Source: an uncultured virus (IMG/VR IMGVR_UViG_3300016472_000848)
Lineage: Duplodnaviria; Heunggongvirae; Uroviricota; Caudoviricetes
Virus record (IMG/VR): IMGVR_UViG_3300016472_000848
Span: 62,001 to 126,000 of that record
Length of the DNA: 64,000 nucleotides
Direction: 5' to 3' (one strand)
The first letter of the stretch is position 1; each line of letters begins with the position of its first letter. Below the pieces are notes generated by a model, which worked only from the letters and a program-made list of their open reading frames with translations, did no database searches and was not told the origin of the DNA. Shown here in pieces: positions 50,701 through 57,487 of this stretch. A program made the translations under genes and the position numbers.

Positions 50701-51738
50701 AAAAAATATGACGAAGTGAAGTCAGTAACTTACTTAAACAATCAAGATGTATATTGCACAACGGTTGATTCAAAAGAACATGTTTGGGTTTGTAATTCTT
50801 TTATAACTTCAAATTGTTCAGAAATTTTTCTTCCAACAGATAAGGATCATACCTTTGTTTGCTGCCTTTCTTCCCTTAATCTTGCAAGATGGGATGAATG
50901 GAAAGACACGGATACGGTTCAACTATCTGTATGGTTCCTTGATGGTATTATGGAGGAGTTTATTCAAAAGGCGGCTAACTTGAGAGGATTTGAAAGAGCA
51001 CTAAATTTTGCTCGTAAATCCCGTGCTCTCGGTCTTGGTGTCCTCGGTCTACACTCATACTTCCAAAAGAATATGATTGCATTTGACAGCCTACAGGCTT
51101 ATCTCCAGAATAAGATCATATTCAAGAAGATTAGAGAAGAAGCTGAGTTGGCTACAACGGCTCTTGCTGCTGAATATGGTGAGCCAGAGTGGTGTCGGGG
51201 TCATGGTAGAAGAAATGCTACTCTTATGGCTATAGCTCCAACTGTATCAAACTCCCTTATTGCTTCTAACGTATCTCAGGGTATTGAACCATGGATTGCC
51301 AATGCATTTGCTCAAAAGAGTGCAAAGGGAACATTCGTAAGAAGAAATCCAGAATTTGAGAAGCTTCTCAAGAGCATTGGACAGGATACCGATGAAGTTT
51401 GGGGCTCTATTCTTAAGCATGATGGAAGTGTTCAGCATTTAGAATGTTTAACCGCTGAACAGAAAGAAGTGTTTCTTACTGCAAGAGAGCTAAATCAATT
51501 TGCTATTGTTAAGTTAGCCGCCGAAAGACAGAAGTTTATTGATCAAGGTCAGAGCATCAATATTTTCTTCCCAGCTAACAGCGATCCAAAGTATATCAAT
51601 CAAGTTCATTTGGAAGCAGCCAATAGCGGTCTTAAGAGCCTTTATTATCTTCGTTCTACATCTGTTCTTAAGGCAGAACAAAATAGTAATGCGGTATATA
51701 AGAGAGAGTTAACAGAATGCACATGGTGCGAAGGATGA
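47758..51738 (+). CDS. nrdA: ribonucleotide reductase class I alpha subunit containing two inteins (~569 aa after splicing)
   Basis: PSTP, LPIS|CF, GGG, TRRGA, SNL|CSEI, VCCLSSLN, AIAPT, KSLYY, C-terminal CxxC (CTWCEG); no ATP cone visible. Confidence 0.93.
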   Translation: MKTLEELKAEGEAPEWLSNDAFQMLQGGYLWNDETPKQMYRRVAASVAQSLKKPELEDKFFNIMWKNWLCPSTPVLCNTGTTRGLPISCLTGDSWVNTKSGGKQIKDIQIGDQVLTHKGRWRNVISKTSQQSKDPIYILKVRTRMTPVKITGNHLVLTNLGWVRVDELDISKHWIAVNKDIEYEEKDYAISLKEYCPYAHIEHDGKICKIQETKSNKKRDMRKDQILSYYSQPYATIPVDEEVAWALGLWFAEGSRSQNHKKLANGIRITIGSHEEHYAKRFLHIMKEKFNLNGNYYFSESPNPNKSGYMNSWISVNVNGRLIGEFFDKEFGIGCKNKKIPQWIIDLPRPILKSFIQGVLDGDGSRSASGTDKITLTNGPMILGMYNSLLKLKVPCSLQMQTKASKLSKDSFVYTIDMYDGYDMSKARKRPAVGIQFENNLYAPIASLIKTDMKEEVFDIGVEEDHSFSVSGVVVHNCFSSYMADDTYEILETLQEVAMLSKYGGGTAIHVNDVRAKGTPISKGGHSDGVVPFLKMADSVILGISQGSTRRGACAAYIDIEHGDFDEFLQSRRPTGDTNRQCLNLHHGVCVSNAFIDKVKAGDTEARRRWKELIKSRVETGEPYVFFTDNANDQAPPVLKETGIKLKGSNLCVTGDQMVVTSKGLRNVIDLVSSGEELTLFDGSKKVNASPMKLIEKNAPVYRITTKSGRTHDVTSYHKVKTIRGMIACEELKAGDKIFVQRNEGLFGNIHKPEMAFLLGLYHADGTQTDKYVYIDIWENDFELRSEIENSIQKVYSEENWLEYDIKNQTGVSVGKRKTKIPTFIKQNTGSSSVQKIRLGSHKLKQFGFKKGVIPDWIYQGDKETISQYLRGLYIADGTINISKSHGNPLYLSLASIDRDFLGKIQIILSNLGIESKIYMMRKAGKSLLPDGKGGSKYYDTKDCWRLNISNKTDAIKFDKLTGFLAYKGKSLQERKYRDNTKKYDEVKSVTYLNNQDVYCTTVDSKEHVWVCNSFITSNCSEIFLPTDKDHTFVCCLSSLNLARWDEWKDTDTVQLSVWFLDGIMEEFIQKAANLRGFERALNFARKSRALGLGVLGLHSYFQKNMIAFDSLQAYLQNKIIFKKIREEAELATTALAAEYGEPEWCRGHGRRNATLMAIAPTVSNSLIASNVSQGIEPWIANAFAQKSAKGTFVRRNPEFEKLLKSIGQDTDEVWGSILKHDGSVQHLECLTAEQKEVFLTARELNQFAIVKLAAERQKFIDQGQSINIFFPANSDPKYINQVHLEAANSGLKSLYYLRSTSVLKAEQNSNAVYKRELTECTWCEG
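48022..49188 (+). mobile_element. intein (389 aa) with LAGLIDADG endonuclease, NrdA site 1
   Basis: CLTGDS...VVVHN|C; internal LGLWFAEG and FIQGVLDGDG. Confidence 0.92.
49711..50814 (+). mobile_element. intein (368 aa) with LAGLIDADG endonuclease, NrdA site 2
   Basis: CVTGDQ...FITSN|C; internal LGLYHADG and YLRGLYIADG. Confidence 0.9.
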
Positions 51739-51742
51739 ACAT

Positions 51743-52432
51743 ATGACAATAAGATTAATAGATTTAAGAGCACAACAAACAAATCCATTTCCAAGAAAGA
51801 AAAGCTCGGATGGTAAAATCATTAACACTTCAAAAGTTGTTAAAGGTAAGACAGTAGCAAGAGATCCTAAATCTGTAACTGGAATAGGAATACATCAGAC
51901 CGCCTGTGTATTCGGTCCTCTTGATGACAGAGAAAAGGCATATCGTAGAGCAGCAGGAATACCAGCTCATGTTACTGCATTTAGAGATGGTGTATATGTT
52001 GCAGCAGCACCATTAGATTGGTTTCTCTATCATGGTAATGAACTAAACTCTTTCTCTCTTGGTTTAGAGTGTGAAGGTCATTACTCTGGTTTATTAGATG
52101 ATCCAAGAACACCCATTAGAGAAGATATTAAAACAACCTGGGGTGGTAAAGAACCAACTCCATTGGATGATAAGGCTATAGAGACGTTTAGAGCCGCCCT
52201 CAAATGGCTTGTAGATAATGGTAGAGCCGCTGGTATGCCAATAGAGTTTATCTGGGCACATAGACAGTCTAATGGTCAGAAACCATCAGATCCAGGTATG
52301 GGTATTTGGAAACACGTTGTATTGGAATATGGTGTTCCGGTATTAGGTCTTAAAACCCAGACAGATAAATGCTGGAGAGATGGTAAGAAGATACCAGTTG
52401 AATGGGATCCAGCCGGTGTCGGCAAATATTGA
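51743..52432 (+). CDS. N-acetylmuramoyl-L-alanine amidase (endolysin, Amidase_2-like)
   Basis: IGIHQTA, PAH, YHGNELNSFSLGLECEG, WAHRQ...SDPG zinc-amidase motifs. Confidence 0.8.
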   Translation: MTIRLIDLRAQQTNPFPRKKSSDGKIINTSKVVKGKTVARDPKSVTGIGIHQTACVFGPLDDREKAYRRAAGIPAHVTAFRDGVYVAAAPLDWFLYHGNELNSFSLGLECEGHYSGLLDDPRTPIREDIKTTWGGKEPTPLDDKAIETFRAALKWLVDNGRAAGMPIEFIWAHRQSNGQKPSDPGMGIWKHVVLEYGVPVLGLKTQTDKCWRDGKKIPVEWDPAGVGKY

Positions 52433-52455
52433 TGCTTAAATAAAGTATAAAATAT

Positions 52456-52956
52456 ATGTTATTTAATATAAAAAGATTACAAAAATTATCTGGAATTCTG
52501 TCTGAGACAGAGCAAGAGAATGAAAAAAAATTAAGTAATATATCATATACTGGTATTGTTTTGACTGAAGCTTCACACAATGAATTGATTGAGAAAATCC
52601 GCAATAAGATACCAAAAAATTGGAAAATTGTTGCTCATCATGTTACGGTTAATTTAGGACCATATAAAGGCGATATAAATTTACTAAATTCCGTACAGAA
52701 ATTAAATGTAAATTCTTTTGCAATCAATAATAGAATATGTGCTGTTGGAGTTATTATGCCGCTTGGAATTCCAAGTAAAAATATCAACCCTCACATAACA
52801 ATTGCTTTGAATTTAAATCCAGAATCTGAAGTTGAAGTAACTGCTAAAGAATCAAATAATTTACAATGGGAAACAGCGGAAGCTCTTGAGCCATTTCCAA
52901 TTAGTGGAAAATTGATTGAAGTTGTTAAGGATGACAATTCATTTGCATCTGCTTAG
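52456..52956 (+). CDS. 2H phosphoesterase-family protein
   Basis: Two HxT motifs (AHHVTVN and NPHITIA) about 55 aa apart. Confidence 0.75.
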   Translation: MLFNIKRLQKLSGILSETEQENEKKLSNISYTGIVLTEASHNELIEKIRNKIPKNWKIVAHHVTVNLGPYKGDINLLNSVQKLNVNSFAINNRICAVGVIMPLGIPSKNINPHITIALNLNPESEVEVTAKESNNLQWETAEALEPFPISGKLIEVVKDDNSFASA

Positions 52957-52997
52957 TCAAAGCATCAAACTATTGATAATATATAAACTGTAATATA

Positions 52998-53330
52998 ATG
53001 GAACCAATATATTTTTTAGTAATTGCTAGCTATTTTGTAGTTTTTTCTATGGGATTTATTATAGCTCGTTTAAGCGGCACCGCTGTAACTAATTCTATTC
53101 CACAAATTCAGCATGAAAATCCAATCAGTCAAACAACAAAAGCAGTTATCGAAGAAAAAAAAGCAAATAAAAAAATAGAGATTGATGAAAAAAAGTTTAT
53201 AACTGAAATACAAACTGATACCCTAGAAAAAAAGTTTAATGATTTAGGTAAGAAAACTGTTGCACAAGATGAGTCTTTAGGTGCGAATGTATCAAAACTT
53301 GCTTCATTAAAAAAAAATAAAGAGGGCTAA
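52998..53330 (+). CDS. single-pass membrane protein, putative partner of the actin-like ATPase
   Basis: N-terminal TM helix (IYFLVIASYFVVFSMGFIIA), charged linker, C-terminal amphipathic VSKLASLKK; directly upstream of the actin gene. Confidence 0.7.
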   Translation: MEPIYFLVIASYFVVFSMGFIIARLSGTAVTNSIPQIQHENPISQTTKAVIEEKKANKKIEIDEKKFITEIQTDTLEKKFNDLGKKTVAQDESLGANVSKLASLKKNKEG

Positions 53331-53386
53331 TCGTGGGTTTTAAAATACCAGAAACAGAAGAAAAAAAACAAAAGAGGAGTAAGAAG

Positions 53387-55510
53387 ATGGCTAAATTAGG
53401 AAAAGGTTTAGATGTAGGTACATCTTTCATTGTACTAGCGTCTGAACATGATAAAGGTGCAGTTGAGTATAAAGATTTTCGTGATGCATTCTATGTAATA
53501 AAACCAGCAACACCAATTGCTGCAAAGATGATTGAAAAGGGTTTGACAGGTAAAACCTTCGTTAAAGATACGGATGGTTCATTCATCCTACTTGGTAAGG
53601 ATGCTATTGAAAAAGCCATAGAACGCAATGATAGCGCCAAGCGTCCTATGTATCGTGGTGTTGTTTCCTCCAAAGAAAAGGATGCACGCAGAGTTTTGTC
53701 ATATATTCTTAAAGAGGTAGCAGGAGAGCCAGCGGAAAAGGGAGAAAAGCTTGTATTCTGTATTCCTGCTCAACCAATTGATCAGGAAGATGATGAATTT
53801 GACGTTGGTTATCATGAAGACGTTGTAAAGAAGGTTCTATCTGATGTTGGTTATGCTCCCCGAGCTATCAACGAGGCAGAAGCCCTGTGCTATTCAGAGC
53901 TTGAAAATGATGATTATACGGGAATTTCGCTATCTTGCTTAATTCCAGGTACTAAAGTATATACTAAAAATGGCATTGTCAATATAGAAAATGTAAAGAT
54001 TGGGGATTTGGTTTTTACTCATAAGGGTCGATGGCGTCCTGTAACAAATGTAATAACAAAACATTTTGAGGGAACGGCTACAAAATTGCAATTGCAAGGT
54101 TATTCGAATACATGCGAAGATTACAAATTTGTTGACAATCACGAATTATATGTGTGCCGCAATAATAAATGGCAATGGATCGGTTGCGAAGAAATTGAGG
54201 TTGGTGACATTGTAGGTGAACCCATACAGCAGCAAGATCGTTTTGGAAAAGGAGAGCCTGGAATTACTATATGTGAGCGCACAACAAGCTCAAATACATA
54301 TTCAAAAACTAGGATTGCAGCAACTCCAAATGTTCAAAGATTAGTTGGATATTTTCTTGGAGATGGAAGCGTTAATGAAGCAGAAGGTTGTATTCAATTT
54401 GATTTTTCAAAAAATGAAGAAAACAACATTAAAGATGTTCAGGATATCTTGTTGCGAAATTTTAATAAAAATTCCTCAGTTGTTTCAAAAGATGAAAACT
54501 GTGTAAGAGTCAAATGTTATTCTAGAGGAATTTTAAATTGGTTTAAGAACCATTTGTATGATGCCGCTGGAAATAAATGTTATCCATGGGATTTGGATCG
54601 CATTTCAAAAAATGACTGTATAAATCTTCTTACCGGTCTAATAAGATCAGATGGTACATGGAATGAAAATGTATTTTCATTTTCAAATACAAATACTCAT
54701 CTTATCTGGTTAGCAAAACAATTGTGCGCTAGATTAGGCTTGGCTGCTTCTATACATTATCGAGAACCAAGAATCGGTGGTACAATTGATAATCGTACAA
54801 TTGTTGGCAAAAAACAAGAATGGACCATATCGGTTGGTGCAAAACTAGGTTCACTTTCTGTTAAAGATTACATAGAAAATGTAAACTGTGAAAATAGTAA
54901 ATTTATTGAAAAAATGTACATTGATAATAATTTTATTTGTACTCATGTTCAAAAAATTGAAAATGAAGAATATTCTGGAATTGTATATGATCTACAGGTA
55001 GAAGAAGATCATTCATTTACTGGGCCATTTTTAACAATACATAATTGCGGCGCGGGAATGGTGAACATTTGTGTAATGCTTAATGGTGAGCCTGTATTAA
55101 CTTTCTCCACCACAAAGAGTGGTGACTGGATTGATCGTATGGCAGCGGTTGCTACTGGTCAAACAGATAGCATTGTCCAGGCTGAGAAAGAAGGTGGAGA
55201 TTTCACCATTGGAGAGCCTAATGATAATCAAATTCTTGCTGCTGTTTCTTCTTATTATGAACGTCTTATTGATTATACCACCAAGCAACTTGCTGCTGCT
55301 TTAGCTGATCACAAGGATCTTCCAAAGTTTAAGGATCCTTTGCCGGTTGTAGTGGGTGGCGGAACAACGCAGGCTAAGGGTTTCGTAGCTACATTTGCAA
55401 AGAAGCTTGAAGCTAATGGTTTCCCTGTTGCAGTTAAGGAAGTAAGACACGCCGCAGATCCTCTTCATGCTGTTGCTAGAGGATGTTTAATTGCGAGTCA
55501 AATACTTTGA
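53387..55510 (+). CDS. actin-family ATPase (volactin-like) containing an intein (~337 aa after splicing)
   Basis: Phosphate-1 GLDVGTS, connect-1 INEAEA, phosphate-2 ISLS|CGAGMVN, SGDWID, adenosine VVVGGGT, connect-2 DPLHAVARG. ATG 53387 follows GAGGAG (alternative GTG 53333). Confidence 0.85.
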   Translation: MAKLGKGLDVGTSFIVLASEHDKGAVEYKDFRDAFYVIKPATPIAAKMIEKGLTGKTFVKDTDGSFILLGKDAIEKAIERNDSAKRPMYRGVVSSKEKDARRVLSYILKEVAGEPAEKGEKLVFCIPAQPIDQEDDEFDVGYHEDVVKKVLSDVGYAPRAINEAEALCYSELENDDYTGISLSCLIPGTKVYTKNGIVNIENVKIGDLVFTHKGRWRPVTNVITKHFEGTATKLQLQGYSNTCEDYKFVDNHELYVCRNNKWQWIGCEEIEVGDIVGEPIQQQDRFGKGEPGITICERTTSSNTYSKTRIAATPNVQRLVGYFLGDGSVNEAEGCIQFDFSKNEENNIKDVQDILLRNFNKNSSVVSKDENCVRVKCYSRGILNWFKNHLYDAAGNKCYPWDLDRISKNDCINLLTGLIRSDGTWNENVFSFSNTNTHLIWLAKQLCARLGLAASIHYREPRIGGTIDNRTIVGKKQEWTISVGAKLGSLSVKDYIENVNCENSKFIEKMYIDNNFICTHVQKIENEEYSGIVYDLQVEEDHSFTGPFLTIHNCGAGMVNICVMLNGEPVLTFSTTKSGDWIDRMAAVATGQTDSIVQAEKEGGDFTIGEPNDNQILAAVSSYYERLIDYTTKQLAAALADHKDLPKFKDPLPVVVGGGTTQAKGFVATFAKKLEANGFPVAVKEVRHAADPLHAVARGCLIASQIL
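53936..55045 (+). mobile_element. intein (370 aa) with LAGLIDADG endonuclease in the actin phosphate-2 motif
   Basis: CLIPGTKV...LTIHN|C; internal LVGYFLGDG and LLTGLIRSDG. Confidence 0.92.
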
Positions 55511-55530
55511 TTTAAACTAGAATTTGAAAT

Positions 55531-55560
55531 AAAGGACCGCGAAAGCGGTCCTTTTTCATT
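55531..55560 (+). terminator. rho-independent terminator
   Basis: AAAGGACCGC-GAAA-GCGGTCCTTT followed by TTCATT; perfect stem with a GNRA loop. Confidence 0.9.
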
Positions 55561-55568
55561 TGTAGAAA

Positions 55569-55576
55569 ATATTTAT
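55569..55576 (+). promoter_or_regulatory. putative late promoter motif ATATTTAT
   Basis: Lies just after the terminator and 5 nt before ATG 55582, where a new transcript must start. Confidence 0.45.
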
Positions 55577-55581
55577 TGAAC

Positions 55582-56652
55582 ATGAATAATGATTCTTTAA
55601 AAGAAATTATTAAAGAAATAATTGTCAAAGAATTCATGGCAATTAGTTTAGGTGCCGGGAGCATGATACCTTCGGGTCAAATTGCTGGAGGACCGGCATT
55701 GCCATTGGGTGTGCCAAATAAAATTCCATCTGATATAGCATCGCCCGCCGGTAGGAAAAAAAGAAAAAGGAAAAAGAGAAAAAGCGGATTAAATGAAGCA
55801 AACTCTGTAATTGGCATGAATTTGGCTGCGTGGGGGGTAGATACACCTGAACAATTATTTGGAAGCAATTATCTAACTGATACAGATACGGAAATGTATA
55901 CAGATGGAGATGAAACAAATATTCCGAATAATAAAAATACAAAAACAAGTAAATATAAAAGCAATGCACATAAAGTAAATCCATCAAAAGATAGATTTTC
56001 TTCTAAAAAACAAAATTTCTCTTCTGGTAGAGATAGTAAAATATTAAAAACTAGTTCGCAAAAAGCTTTACACTTGAAAAGTAAAAATCCATTTCATGAA
56101 TTAATGTGGGCAGGAGATGCCTCTGTTCCAAACATCTTAAAAGTAAGATACGTTATTTTAGAAGAATATTTGAAAGAAAATTCTGGATATGTAAAAATAT
56201 CAAACGAAGGACATCCTTATGTTTCTACAGCAATCATTCATCTAGACAAAGATATAACAGAAGAAACAAAAGATGCACTAACTAATTTTTTGCAATTCTG
56301 TCAAGCAATGTTAGGAATTCAAGTTTTTCCAGAGATATATATCGTATCTGAACGTATGCCAGGGATGACTACCGGAGCATATCTTCCAAGCCGAAAAATT
56401 GTTCTTGCATTATCTGAAAATAGATTGATGATAGATGTATTCAGAACAATTGCTCATGAATTAACTCATTGCAAGCAACATGAGCGCGGCGAGCTTGACA
56501 ATCTCCCAGAACGAAAAGGCGAAGACGATATGGGCGACGTTAATACGCCATATGAAAATGAAGCCTATATGAATTCAGGAAATTTTTCAAAAGCTTGGGC
56601 AAGGCTATATAAAGGCATGACAAGAGATGAAATCTTTTCAGCAACAATGTGA
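55582..56652 (+). CDS. hypothetical protein with C-terminal HExxH metallopeptidase-like domain
   Basis: RTIAHELTHCKQ...YENEAY; N-terminal LKEIIKEII.KE and a low-complexity basic region. Confidence 0.7.
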   Translation: MNNDSLKEIIKEIIVKEFMAISLGAGSMIPSGQIAGGPALPLGVPNKIPSDIASPAGRKKRKRKKRKSGLNEANSVIGMNLAAWGVDTPEQLFGSNYLTDTDTEMYTDGDETNIPNNKNTKTSKYKSNAHKVNPSKDRFSSKKQNFSSGRDSKILKTSSQKALHLKSKNPFHELMWAGDASVPNILKVRYVILEEYLKENSGYVKISNEGHPYVSTAIIHLDKDITEETKDALTNFLQFCQAMLGIQVFPEIYIVSERMPGMTTGAYLPSRKIVLALSENRLMIDVFRTIAHELTHCKQHERGELDNLPERKGEDDMGDVNTPYENEAYMNSGNFSKAWARLYKGMTRDEIFSATM

Positions 56653-56679
56653 ATTGTAAAACAATAAATCTTTATCCAT

Positions 56680-56687
56680 ATATTTAT
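56680..56687 (+). promoter_or_regulatory. putative late promoter motif ATATTTAT
   Basis: 23 nt before ATG 56711, upstream of a GGAG RBS. Confidence 0.4.
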
Positions 56688-56710
56688 GAATATGGAGTAA
56701 AAAAATATAA

Positions 56711-57487
56711 ATGAGATTTATTATTGATTTATCATTGAAATTATTAACACTCGTTTACATTACGTTTTTAGCCTCCTGCAATCAAAATCAAAGAACCTTA
56801 AATCGAATCGGTAGTTCTGAATTAAATCTTGCTCTAGATTCTACAATAGCTTTTATTTCAGAAAGAAACTCCACAGAAATAAGTCGAGCAGTAGATATTA
56901 CTTGTTCTGGATTTTTCATTGAGGATCGACTTATTTTAAGTGCTCTACACTGTTTTCAAAGTACAAGAGTTTTTGTTTTACCTACAGGGGAAATGGTACA
57001 AATACCCACAGTACTAGATCCTACAGGAATAGAATTCCAGTTCGTATATCGCAATCAAATTGATCAAAGCTCTCTCATTCTTCTTAGAGAAGAAATAAAT
57101 ATTGCATCTGTAGTTGCAGTTGATTTAGATATGGATTTAGCAATATTATCTCTTACAGAGGATACAAATTCTAGCAATGCATATCTATCTATCTCTGATT
57201 TTGAGCCACAAATAATAGACACAGTATATACAATAGGACATCCGGTTGAATTAGCTTGGTCTATCTCTGATGGAATTATCTCTAGAATTTTATTAGATAG
57301 AAATGTAATGCAAACAAATATTACAATTGTTGGCGGATATTCTGGTGGTCCTTTACTAAATATTAGAGGTGAAGTTATTGGAGTTGCAGATTCATACATA
57401 AGAAATGTTTCGCAAGTCTCTTTCTTTGTCGGTAGACAAAGAATTCAAAATTTCTTAAGAACCTATCGTTCACATGACTCAAGATAA
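56711..57487 (+). CDS. trypsin-like serine protease, predicted lipoprotein
   Basis: Signal peptide with LASC lipobox; triad motifs SALHC, DLAIL, GYSGGPL. Confidence 0.85.
   Translation: MRFIIDLSLKLLTLVYITFLASCNQNQRTLNRIGSSELNLALDSTIAFISERNSTEISRAVDITCSGFFIEDRLILSALHCFQSTRVFVLPTGEMVQIPTVLDPTGIEFQFVYRNQIDQSSLILLREEINIASVVAVDLDMDLAILSLTEDTNSSNAYLSISDFEPQIIDTVYTIGHPVELAWSISDGIISRILLDRNVMQTNITIVGGYSGGPLLNIRGEVIGVADSYIRNVSQVSFFVGRQRIQNFLRTYRSHDSR

Noticed and set aside
52998..53330. TM protein near the endolysin as a holin or spanin
   Set aside because: Separated from the amidase by another gene, no nested or adjacent o-spanin, and coupled to the actin gene; not fully excluded.
53387..55510. Host MreB/FtsA/DnaK contamination
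   Set aside because: Embedded among phage genes, no mreCD, ftsZ or substrate-binding domain, and it carries an intein similar to the one in the phage nrdA.
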